This document shows positions 40,427 to 50,117 of a DNA stretch of 64,000 nucleotides, one piece after another. Within the stretch, counting starts at the first letter, position 1. Each line of letters opens with the position of its first letter. Below the pieces are notes generated by a model. The model ran no database searches. It saw only the letters and a program-made list of their open reading frames with translations, and had not been told where the DNA came from. The stretch covers positions 202,191 to 266,190 of the forward strand of contig CAVYXZ010000012.1 of assembly GCA_963772595.1 (NCBI GenBank), in the 5' to 3' direction. Position numbers and translations under genes: made by a program. Origin of the DNA: an uncultured Chloroflexia bacterium. Lineage in GTDB: Bacteria > Chloroflexota > Anaerolineae > Aggregatilineales > Phototrophicaceae.

Positions 40427-41422
40427 TCATACGCCCACCGGTTGTTTATCGACCAGCTTGAGCAGGTCCTTAATGATGTCGTCGCTGCTGACGCCTTCGG
40501 CCAGGCCCTCGAAGTTGAGCAGCAGACGGTGACGCAGCGCTGACGGGGCGACGGCGGCCACATCGTCAAAGGAGACGTTGAAGCGGCCTTCCAGCACGGC
40601 GTGGATCTTCGCGCCGATGATGAGCGCCTGGGCACCACGCGGGCTGGAGCCGTAGCGCACGTACTGCTGAATCATCTCGGAGGCGGTGGGCTGGTCGGGA
40701 TGCGTGGCGATCACCAGCCGGGCGACGTACTCGTTGACGTGGCTGGCGACCGGCGCGTTAAGGGCAAGCTGGCCCATGCTGATTACCTGCTTGCCATCGG
40801 CCACTTTCTCAGGGCGCGGCTGTTCCGCCCCGGTGGTGCGTTCCAGAATGTCCACCAGTTCGGCCACATCGGGATAGTTGACGTTGATCTTGAACATGAA
40901 GCGGTCCAACTGCGCTTCCGGCAGGGGGTAGGTGCCCTCCATCTCCAGCGGATTCTGCGTTGCCAGGACGAAGAAGGGCGGTTCCAGCGTGTAGCTGCGG
41001 TTGGCGACCGTGACCGTCTTTTCCTGCATGGCTTCCAGCAGCGCCGACTGCGTCTTGGGCGTGGCGCGGTTGATCTCATCGGCCAGGATCAGATTGGCGA
41101 AGACCGGGCCTTCGTGGAAGCGGAAGATGCGCCGCCCTTCCTCCGATTCCTCCATGATGTCGGTGCCGGTGATGTCCGAGGGCATCAGGTCCGGCGTGAA
41201 CTGGATACGCGCGAATTTGAGATCCAGCGCGTCGGCCAGGCTGCGGATCAGCATGGTCTTGCCCAGGCCGGGGACGCCTTCCAGCAGGGCATGACGCCCG
41301 GCCAGAATGCAGATCACCACGCTGCGGACCACCTCGTGCTGGCCCACGATCACCCGCGCGACCTCGGCTTCAATCGCCTGGGCGATGCGGCTAAATTCTT
41401 CGAGACTCTGTTCGTCAGTCAT
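40427..41422 (-). CDS. moxR: MoxR-family AAA+ ATPase
   Basis: Walker A GVPGLGKT, Walker B ILADEINRA, …VLATQNPLEMEGTYPLPEAQLDRF…. Confidence 0.9.
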   Translation of the reverse strand: MTDEQSLEEFSRIAQAIEAEVARVIVGQHEVVRSVVICILAGRHALLEGVPGLGKTMLIRSLADALDLKFARIQFTPDLMPSDITGTDIMEESEEGRRIFRFHEGPVFANLILADEINRATPKTQSALLEAMQEKTVTVANRSYTLEPPFFVLATQNPLEMEGTYPLPEAQLDRFMFKINVNYPDVAELVDILERTTGAEQPRPEKVADGKQVISMGQLALNAPVASHVNEYVARLVIATHPDQPTASEMIQQYVRYGSSPRGAQALIIGAKIHAVLEGRFNVSFDDVAAVAPSALRHRLLLNFEGLAEGVSSDDIIKDLLKLVDKQPVGV

Positions 41423-41506
41423 GTGTCTGATCCGTTATGTTCCGATAAAAGGTTGACATGTTGTGCCATGCCCCTAGCCACAGTCAGGATACGCTGTAAT
41501 GCATCT

Positions 41507-43330
41507 CTACGGATTATTACTATTACCCTGACTGTCCTGTCCTGGTTCGAGCGACGAGAAATAGTCATGCACGACATCGCGCAGGCCGAGGGGAATGTAA
41601 TCGCTGTCCAGGGCGCGGTTGGCGGCGTTCCTGTAATCGCTGTAGACCTGATTGTAGGGCACCAGTGCGTCGCCATCCGGGTTATCGACATAATTACCTT
41701 CCGAGGCGAGCGCTGTTCCCGGCATCCGGCTCCAGGACGATCTGCGGGCCGCCGTTGCCACCGACCCGCCGGGGATCATACACCGACGAATAATTACGTT
41801 CGCCCTGCCCGTCCGGGTGGTTATCCTGGCTGATGCTGCTGGGCTGGTTGCTCGGCTCGTCCTGCCCATTGCCGCCGGATTGGTCGCCTGCGCCAGGACC
41901 ACTGGTTTCCGATTCCTGGTTACTGCTGGACGCCGAATCTGGGGGCATGTCGCTCTGCCCCTGGCTGGGGCTGCCCTGCGAAGTCTGTCCGGGGTCCGCC
42001 TGCTGCTGCCCCTGTGAGTCTCATGCTCTGATTGCTCTGCTGCTGGCCGGGTTGATCGCCAGGCTGCTGCTGGCCCTGCTGCGGCATTTGCCCGCTGTCC
42101 TGGCTTGACTGCTGCGCTTGACTGCTCTGCTGGGCCATCTGGTCACTGGCCTGCTGCAAGGCGTTCGCGTTGCTTTGCATCTGCTGCGCCGCGCTTTGCT
42201 GCTGCTGCATTTGCTGCTGCTGCTGCTGGAGAGACTGCTGCGCCTGCTGCATCGCGTCCTGCAAGGCGTTCTGATCGTTGTTGCGCATGGCCTCGGCGGC
42301 ATCGCGCATCTGCTGGGCCAGTTCAGGGTTCGTTTGTTCAAGCTGGTCGGCTGCCGCGTCCAATTGGTCCGCCAGGGACTGGGTATCGTTGCTGTTGGCG
42401 GGGTTACTCGAATCGCTGCGACTGCATCTGGTCGAAGAACTGCGACATCGTATCGCCGCTGCTCTGGTCCTGCTGCTGGTTCTGATCCTGCTGCTGCTGC
42501 GTGGGATCATTGCTCAGCTTGCCCGCCGCCGAATTCAGCGCCTGCTGCTGCTGCTGTACCTGCCGGTTGAGATTGTCCGCCTGCTGCTGTAAGTCTGCCT
42601 GGCGTATCCGTCAGGCTGGCGTAAGGCCTCCTGCGGGCTGACGTTAGCCTGATCGAGGACCTCGCTGGTCTCGTCAAGCTGCTGGAGCAGGTTCTCGCGC
42701 TCCTCGTCGGTCAGGGTGGTATCCTGGGCGATGTCTTCCGTAATGTCTCCGACCGTATCCGCCGCATCGTCAAAGACTGCCGGGCGATCTGGCACGCTGT
42801 TATCGACGGCGGCCTGCGGGTTGGGCAGCACTGCCAGCACCAGCAGGACCAGCAATACGATGCCCACGCCGATCCAGGCGCGCCGGTCCCAATTCAGCGG
42901 CAGCGCTTCGTCGGGCATTGACCGCACTGCCCGTGCATCCAGGCGTCGTCGATCTGGCGGCTGATAAAGGCTTCGGAGTGTGAATGCGCCCCTCAAGGAG
43001 TTCCAGCGCCGTCGAGACCCGTTCGCCCAGGTTGAACTGAATGTCAAAGCGCCGCGCGCTTTGCAGGGTTGGGCGCGGCCACAACCAGACCAAGCGCCAG
43101 CATCACCAGCAGGCCAAGCAGAACCAACGCCGCCGAGGCGACCAGCATTTGCAGAGTCGTGAAGGGCAGCGGACGCAGCCGGGCCAGCGATCAGCAGCAG
43201 GATGCCCGCGCCCAGGCCGGGCAGCAAGCTGTAAGGCAGCCACCACAGGCTCTGCCGCAGCCGCAGCCGCCGGTTCCAGTCGCGAAATCAGGCCGTGCAG
43301 ACCATCGACTGCGGGGGTCGTCGCTGCCAT
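41507..43330 (-). CDS. membrane-anchored protein with a long Gln-rich low-complexity linker and conserved C-terminal domain (possibly DUF4129-type MoxR/DUF58 partner). Several frame changes.
   Basis: TM AWIGVGIVLLVLLVLAVL; poly-Q …QQSLQQQQQQMQQQQSAAQQMQ…; C-terminus …NYVDNPDGDALVPYNQVYSDYRN…IPLGLRDVVHDYF… Track ORFs 42535-43227, 41920-42510 and 41507-41902. Confidence 0.4.
42110..42560 (+). repeat. CTG/CAG-rich low-complexity coding repeat (poly-Gln)
   Basis: ctgctgctgctg runs around 42180-42240 and 42470-42560. Confidence 0.7.
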
Positions 43331-43332
43331 CG

Positions 43333-44578
43333 TCATTCCTCCACTTCATGAGTTCGCATCTGCCGCACGGCCACGACCACCAGGACGGCGGAGATGACCA
43401 GGTAGAAGACGGTGAAACTGATCCAGGGCGAGACGATTGGAATTGTGCTGCCATCACTGGCAAGTGTCAGAGTCGAGAAGCCGACCACCTGCTGGTCGCT
43501 CAGAAGCTGCAGACTGACCTGCGCCGTTGCCACAGGGTTCAGGCTGACGAGGATCAGGCCCAGGTAGATGAACAGGGTTTCGACCAGCGAGGAACTGCTG
43601 ATGCCGGAGCTAAAGCCGCTCACCGCGCTGCCAAAGGCGTGTCAGCAGGGGCAGCGACAGCAGAATCGGGATGCCGAAGATGACCGCCAGCGCCACCACG
43701 TAGGAGCGAATGCTGGCCGAGAGCGTGCGCGGCGTGATGGCCGAAAAGAAGATGCCCAGCGTCCCCAGCGTGATCGTCGTCACCGTCAGGATGATGAAGG
43801 CCAGGACCAGTTCCATCTCGGTCACACCGCCGAAGAGAAAGGCCATGCTCTGCAGGGGGATGGCCGAAAACAGCAGCAGCAGAATATAGGCCAGCGCTGT
43901 CTCCAGCTTGCCGATGACGAAGGAGGGACTCGCCAGCAGGGTCGTCCGCAGCAGATCATAGGTGCGGCGCTCGCGTTCGCCGGTAATGGCCCCGGCGGTG
44001 AAGGCCGGTGCGATAAAGACGATCAGCAGCAGTTCCACGCCGACCAGGCCGATAAACAGCACCCGGCCAATTTCGCCGACCACCGAGGAGCCGGTCGTCT
44101 GGATGCGTCCGCTGATGTAAATGACGTAGAGCAGGGCGGTGAAGGTGCCCATCAACGCCAGGTAGACCGTCAGCACGATGAAGGCGCGCATCCCGCGCAT
44201 CCGGCCTCGCAGTTCCTTGAGCATCACCGGGTTGATGCGGAAGGCGGAGACATCGTGCATCACGGCCAGCCCGGCCCAAGCGGTGACGATGATGGTAACG
44301 ATGGCCGGAGTGTAGCCCAGCGCCGGGATCATCAGCAGATTGACCGCCGCGACGATCCAGATGCCCGGCAGCGCCCAGATTTCGCGCGCCAGTACCCCGA
44401 CCATCAACACCAGCAGCAGGCTGAGGTTCAGCAGCAGCAGCAGGATCACAATTGCCAGGGCGGTATCGCCTGCGACGGTCACGCGGCCCAGCAGCAGACC
44501 CTGCAAGCTGTCAAAGAGATTCGGGATGAGGCCCAGGCCGCCCGCCAGCGCCAGCAGCAGACACAGCAGTACCAGCAC
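43333..44578 (-). CDS. ABC-2 family transporter permease (frame change near 43615)
   Basis: Multi-TM protein typical of ABC-2/GldF-like permeases. Track ORFs 43610-44578 and 43333-43623. Confidence 0.55.
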
Positions 44579-44704
44579 AGCATGGGCAATCGCGCCGCCG
44601 CGCAGCAGCTTCGCTGCCCGGTCCAGCCGGATTTCTACGGGGGTGCGATACTCAATCCTGCGCTGCTTGTCTGGACGTTATCCACCACTTATGCTCACTT
44701 ATGC

Positions 44705-45394
44705 TTAACTGACTTGTAGGCTCGATTGAATGAAGCCACCTGGGTCCTTCAATGATACCACGTCACCCGATGACCATACCGCTTCGCTCCGGCCCCAGTA
44801 AAGGGCAACCGGGGTGTTGCTGCCGCGCTGGGTATACACCGTAATCTGACCATTGCTGAACAAGCGCAGTTCTGGGAAGGTGAAGACGTCGCCTGCCGAA
44901 TTCGAGAGAGTCCAGCCGCTCAGGTCAACCGTAGCGCCGTTGTTACGGATGGATACGCTTTCGAGACGCAGGTTGCCCGGGCTAATCAGGCCGGCAATCT
45001 CCACATGCGCATCGACCGGTGTCGCGGGCGAATTCGCTTGAGCATTGGAGGTCGGGATCGGTGTCGCAGTCCCTGAGACGGGCGTTGCAGTTATCAAGAT
45101 CGGAACGGTAACAATCATCTGCGGGCGGGAGGCGCTGATGGTGGCGGCCTGGGCGCGGTTCGTCGCCTCAAGATCGAGGGAACGCTGCTGAAGAGCATTA
45201 TTCGTCAATTGTAGTTGCAGGAGTTCCACTTGCTGCGCGGAAATGGTCGCTTGCTGGGCGAGGCAGGGGCTGCTGTCCTGGGCGGACACGCTCAGTGGGC
45301 ACAGCGGCGATGATTGCAGGACGAGCGGCAGGACAAATACGCTGCTCAACACGAGCAGGACAAGCACAAAACTCAAGCGGGGTTTAGGAAACAT
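44705..45394 (-). CDS. secreted coiled-coil protein with C-terminal lamin-tail domain (LTD)
   Basis: Signal peptide MFPKPRLSFVLVLLVLSSVFVLPL. LTD: …SIRNNGATVDLSGWTLSNSAGDVFTFPELRLFSNGQITVYT…WSSGDVVSLKDPGG…. Confidence 0.65.
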   Translation of the reverse strand: MFPKPRLSFVLVLLVLSSVFVLPLVLQSSPLCPLSVSAQDSSPCLAQQATISAQQVELLQLQLTNNALQQRSLDLEATNRAQAATISASRPQMIVTVPILITATPVSGTATPIPTSNAQANSPATPVDAHVEIAGLISPGNLRLESVSIRNNGATVDLSGWTLSNSAGDVFTFPELRLFSNGQITVYTQRGSNTPVALYWGRSEAVWSSGDVVSLKDPGGFIQSSLQVS

Positions 45395-45412
45395 TCAGCA
45401 TCCGTATTAGGC

Positions 45413-46358
45413 TTATCCAATTCGAACCACTGATTGAAGGTTACCATCCATATCCCTCAATAATACCATGTCACCTGATGACCATACCGCTTCGCTCCGG
45501 CCCCAGTAAAGGGCAATTGGTGTGTTCGTGCCACGCCGAGTATAGACTGTAACCAGGCCATTGGTGAACAATTGGAGTTCGGGAAAGGTGAAGATATTGT
45601 CTTCGGAGTCGGCGAGTGTCCAGCCCGTAAGATCGACCACACCGCCAGTATTGCGAATCTCGACACCTTCAGCGTTAATATCCCCAGGACTGATAACCCT
45701 TGCAATTTCTACCTGGGCATTGACCGCTGTCGGGGGCAGTTCCATCGACTGATTGGAGCTAGTGTTATCTGATTGAGAGCCGCCTAAAGGACAATCAGGA
45801 CCGGGAATAATCAATATGTCACCAACATCGAGGGCACGCGCTGAATTCTTCGTCGAGGCCGTTGATTTTCACCAGGTCGAAGACGCTCACGCCATATTCC
45901 TGGGCAATTAAACCAGGATATTCGCCTTCAGTCAGCACATGAAAAGTGCAGCCGTCCAGCAGCGCAGTCATTGTCGCTTGAGCATTGGTATCGTAAGCTG
46001 TGTCGAGAGGTTGTGAGGTAGGTCCCGCCGGTCCTGGCGTTGCGGTGATTAAGATCTCCACGGTGACCGGCACAATACGAGCCTGTAGACCGAATGCACT
46101 AATAGTTGCGGCCTGAGCGCTGTTCGTCGCTTGAAGTTCCAGGGAACGCTGTTCGAACGCATTACTCGTCAACTGCACTTTGAGAAGCGCGACTTCCTGC
46201 GCGGAAATGGTCGCTTGCTGGGCGAGGCAGGGGCTGCTGTCCTGGGCGGAGACGCTCAGTGGGCACAGCGGCGATGATTGCAGGACGAGCGGCAGGACAA
46301 ATACGCTGCTCAACACGAGCAGGACAAGCACAAGACTCAAGCGGAGTTTAGGAAACAT
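45413..46358 (-). CDS. secreted paralog: same N-terminus + LysM domain + LTD (split by a stop/frameshift at about 45815)
   Basis: First 170 nt almost identical to 44705-45394. LysM …HVLTEGEYPGLIAQEYGVSVFDLVKINGL… LTD …EIRNTGGVVDLTGWTLADSEDNIFTFP…. Confidence 0.55.
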
Positions 46359-46420
46359 TCAGCATCCGTCGCTGCCTTCTGTATTGAAGACGCAGCCCGT
46401 CTCCCATTCGTTCCAATACC

Positions 46421-47377
46421 TTAGGTGACAATGCCTTTCGTCACGTTCATGAACATGGATTCGAGGTCGCGGGTTTCTTCATGGAAGCCCAGCACCAGAA
46501 TCCCGGCGGTGTTCAGCTTCTGGTTGATGGCCGCCACGCCGTCGTCATCGCCGGAGTAGTCGATCTGTACCCGCGAGCGCCCGTTCTTGGGTTCTAGAAT
46601 GGTCACGTCGATCACGTCGGCCACGCCGGTCATCAGCGATTTGACGCTCTCTGCCGCTTCCGCATCGCGGATAGTGACGATGATCTCGCGGTGCGGGGTC
46701 AGTTGGGCGCGCATCTCTTCCATGCTGCCCTGGATAACCATCTCGCCCGCCTCGACAATGCCGATGTGGGTGCAGATTTCGCTGACGTCGGCCAGGATGT
46801 GCGAGGAGAAGAAGATCGACTTGCCCATGCGCGCCAGTTCGACCAGCAGTTCGCGGATCTCGACGCGGGCACGCGGGTCCAGCCCGGAGGCCGGTTCGTC
46901 CAGGATCAGCACCAGCGGATCATGCGCCAGCGTGCGCGCCAGCGAGAGGCGCTGCTTCATGCCCCGGCTGAGTTTATCGACCATGTCCTCGCGCCGGTGT
47001 GTCAGTTCCACCAGTTCGAGCAGATCGTCGATCAAGCGCCGTCGTTCGATTTCGGGAATGTCGTAGCAGGCGGCGAAGAAATCCAGGTATTCCCAGACGC
47101 GCATATCGTCGTACACGCCGAACTCATCCGGCATGTAGCCAATCGAGCGCCGCACCAGGCGTGGTTCCTCCGTCACCGAATAGCCCGCAACCCAGGCTTT
47201 GCCGGCTGTCGGACGGGTCAGGGTGGTCAGAACGCGCATGGTCGTCGTCTTGCCCGCGCCGTTCGGCCCCACAAAGCCGTAGATCGACCCGGCCGGAACT
47301 TCTAAGGACAGATTGTTGACCGCCGTGAAATCGCCGTAGCGCTTCACCAGGTCTTTCGTCTCAATAATCAGGCTCAT
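46421..47377 (-). CDS. ABC transporter ATP-binding protein (ABC-2 / GldA-like type)
   Basis: Walker A GPNGAGKTT, signature LSRGMKQRL, Walker B LILDEPASGLD. Confidence 0.85.
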   Translation of the reverse strand: MSLIIETKDLVKRYGDFTAVNNLSLEVPAGSIYGFVGPNGAGKTTTMRVLTTLTRPTAGKAWVAGYSVTEEPRLVRRSIGYMPDEFGVYDDMRVWEYLDFFAACYDIPEIERRRLIDDLLELVELTHRREDMVDKLSRGMKQRLSLARTLAHDPLVLILDEPASGLDPRARVEIRELLVELARMGKSIFFSSHILADVSEICTHIGIVEAGEMVIQGSMEEMRAQLTPHREIIVTIRDAEAAESVKSLMTGVADVIDVTILEPKNGRSRVQIDYSGDDDGVAAINQKLNTAGILVLGFHEETRDLESMFMNVTKGIVT

Positions 47378-47436
47378 TGTAATCCACTCACCTCACCGCT
47401 ATCTCCTTATTATACCGTTAAAACTCCCCTTCCTGT

Positions 47437-49935
47437 TCAATGCTGAGCTGGGTCAGGGTAACGATAGTTGGGGGTAACGGCTGCGTTGATCCGTACCTGA
47501 ACGGCATTCAGCGGCCCCAGATAGGCTGCCGGATCACGAATCGTCTCGGTGTACAGGTGGGTGAGATTCTCCTGCACGCGCGTCGTGGGCATCGTATCCC
47601 AGGCCTGTGTCTGCCAGTTCCACAGTTCCAGCGGGAACTGCTCATCGGTCACGTTGCGCATATCCAGGGTGATGTAGAGTGTATCGACCGTCTGGAGAAC
47701 CGCATCCGGCAGCGGTGTATAGCGGAAGACGCCGATGTCATCGCCCGTCAGGATGCCGTCCACCGGCTGAATATCGGTTGCCAGCGGAGGCCGCTCGACG
47801 GCTGCCCAGCTAAATTGATCCGGCGTGATGCGCACGGTGCCCGCCGGTTTGACCCTCTCGACGGCCAGTTCGATCAGGTGCAATGTGCTATCGACCGGCT
47901 GCCAGGCGGTAGTGTTCAGCTCGGTTTGCAGCGGTGTTACGTCCGACCATCCGGCCAGGAAGACCCGGCTGCCGCGTCCGGTGGCCTGAAAATGATCCTG
48001 CATAAAGGCGGAAACCAACCACTGGCGGCGGCGGTATTCCTGCGCTTCTGTTGAGGTATCGGCGGCTGTACGGAAGTAGGTGCGTGCATTGTAATGATCT
48101 TCGCCCAGGATGGCCGCCGTCGTTTGTTCGTTATCCGTCTGATTGCGGGAGCGATATAACGAAAAGTTGACTCCGGGGTCCTGGCTGCCCTGCTCGATAG
48201 GCGCGGGCGCGGGCGGTTGACTGCCGCTGTCCAGCGCCAGTTCGAAGGCGCGCACATCTCCCGGTTCCAGCGCGTCATTCAGCGCCAGACTGGTCCCACG
48301 CACCAGGATGACCGGCTCGTTCAGCGTGAAGTCGCTGTCATTGCGGATCGAGCCGCGCAGCGACCAGCGGTCCTCGGCATCGGCGAAATGCTCGTAGAAC
48401 AGGGTCGCCTGGCCGCTGATGGCGGGCTTCTCGATCTCGCTGGAGGTCAGGAAAGTCGCCATGTAGCTGGCATCCACGCTGAAGTTCTCGGCGCTGAAGT
48501 GGTCGCTTTGCTGAATATCGGTCTGGGCCTGGACGTTGGCGACGAAGGGGTTCGGCGGGTCGGTGGAGGTCAGCGGGCGCAGCATGGTATCCGGCGGCAT
48601 GGTCAGCGTATAGCTGGCCCGGCGCGGTGAGAGAATCCCGACCAGACCTTCGACCTGGGCGGTGTCGCTGTCGGGCCAGGACTGCACAATCGCCAGACGG
48701 CTGAGCGTGACCTCGTTGCCACGCAGGTTGAAGCCCGCGAACCAGGCCAGCCCGCTGAACAGCAGGATCAGGACCGGGATCGTCAGCCAGGCGTATTCGC
48801 GCCGGTTGAAGCGCCGCAGGATGGCGTAATTGACCGGGCCGATCAGCAGGATGTAGACCAGCAGGAAACCGCAGAGCGGCAGCACATCCGGCAGCAGATT
48901 CACGCCCGGTAGAATCTCGGTGGCGACGCGGGCGCGGTCGTAGATGATCTGCCGCTGTGACCAGCCCGGACGCGGCTCCAGCGAGAAGGCCAGACTGCGC
49001 CACATGTCGGCCTGGCCGGACCAACTGCGCAGCGGCTGAGTCAGCGGGTCTAGCGCCAGATAATCGACCGTGCCCAGGCCCTCGTCGCGGCGGGCCAGCA
49101 GCACCAGGCCGGATTCAGTCTGGGCCAGCGCTCTCGCATCGTCACGCAGGCTGCCATCTGCCGCCAGTGTAGAACTGGTCCGGGGCGATCCACTGCCCAG
49201 GGCGAAAAGCGAGGCGAGATCGTCGGTGGTCTCACTGCCGCTAAGGTCCAGCGGCAGCAGCGGTTCCAGCCCGGCGGCGGTAGCCTGCCAGTTGCTGCCC
49301 CCTGTCACCATCAGATGGCCTCCGGCAGTCACCCAATCGGTCACGGCCTGACGCTGTGCGGCGGTCATGGTACTGGTATCCACGTCGCTGAACAGGAGAC
49401 TGTCTACCGCATTCAGAGCGTCTGCGCGCTCCGGCAGGTTTTCGACCGCCCAGTTGGCCTGGAAGGCGCGGTAGCCTCCGGCGGCGACTCCGGTCAGATC
49501 GACCGAGCCGACCGAGGCCTGTGTTATGACGACGTGAAGTTGATCTTCCGGGGCGACGTGGCGCAGTTGAGCGGATTGACTGGCGGCGACAAATCCGCCG
49601 TCGTCAATATACTCGACCAGCACGTCGGTGGCATAGCTGCGCGCTGTGACATACAGCGTGACCGTCTTGCGCGCGCCGGTGGGCAGGTCTACCGGGGCGC
49701 TGAACGTGTTGGTGAAGGCGCTGCCGGATCGCTCCGGGCGCACCACCAGCCGCCCGCTGCTCGAATCGCCATCGTTGCTGACTTGAATCAGGAGGGGGAA
49801 CCAGGAATCCGCCCGAAAATAGCCATCAAAACCCGCCTCTACGGCCAGTGTCACCACCGGCACAGCACTCTGCTGCTCTGGCGGGCTAAATCCCACGAGA
49901 AGCAGAGCAAGGAACAGCAGTGTCAGCTTTTGCAT
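47437..49935 (-). CDS. large membrane protein (832 aa), GldG-like ABC-transporter auxiliary / DUF4350-like
   Basis: N-terminal signal/TM, internal TM pair …LCGFLLVYILLIGPVNYAIL…IPVLILLFSGLAWFAGF…, segment …AAQRQAVTDWVTAGGHLMVTGGSNW… resembling Gldg/DUF4350 families. Assigned from memory. Confidence 0.4.
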   Translation of the reverse strand: MQKLTLLFLALLLVGFSPPEQQSAVPVVTLAVEAGFDGYFRADSWFPLLIQVSNDGDSSSGRLVVRPERSGSAFTNTFSAPVDLPTGARKTVTLYVTARSYATDVLVEYIDDGGFVAASQSAQLRHVAPEDQLHVVITQASVGSVDLTGVAAGGYRAFQANWAVENLPERADALNAVDSLLFSDVDTSTMTAAQRQAVTDWVTAGGHLMVTGGSNWQATAAGLEPLLPLDLSGSETTDDLASLFALGSGSPRTSSTLAADGSLRDDARALAQTESGLVLLARRDEGLGTVDYLALDPLTQPLRSWSGQADMWRSLAFSLEPRPGWSQRQIIYDRARVATEILPGVNLLPDVLPLCGFLLVYILLIGPVNYAILRRFNRREYAWLTIPVLILLFSGLAWFAGFNLRGNEVTLSRLAIVQSWPDSDTAQVEGLVGILSPRRASYTLTMPPDTMLRPLTSTDPPNPFVANVQAQTDIQQSDHFSAENFSVDASYMATFLTSSEIEKPAISGQATLFYEHFADAEDRWSLRGSIRNDSDFTLNEPVILVRGTSLALNDALEPGDVRAFELALDSGSQPPAPAPIEQGSQDPGVNFSLYRSRNQTDNEQTTAAILGEDHYNARTYFRTAADTSTEAQEYRRRQWLVSAFMQDHFQATGRGSRVFLAGWSDVTPLQTELNTTAWQPVDSTLHLIELAVERVKPAGTVRITPDQFSWAAVERPPLATDIQPVDGILTGDDIGVFRYTPLPDAVLQTVDTLYITLDMRNVTDEQFPLELWNWQTQAWDTMPTTRVQENLTHLYTETIRDPAAYLGPLNAVQVRINAAVTPNYRYPDPAQH

Positions 49936-50117
49936 TCAACCTTTTCCAAGCGCTTCAATCTATTATCCCATGTTTCTCCAGGCTCCCAAAATCTGCTCAT
50001 CTCCCGTTAAGTGTCTGGAGCCTGGTTTTTACGCTATTAATACGCGCTTTTGGATATTTTGCGCGACTTCGGCTAGAATATACAGTGTACATACCCGGAG
50101 TATATCAAAGTAGCACA

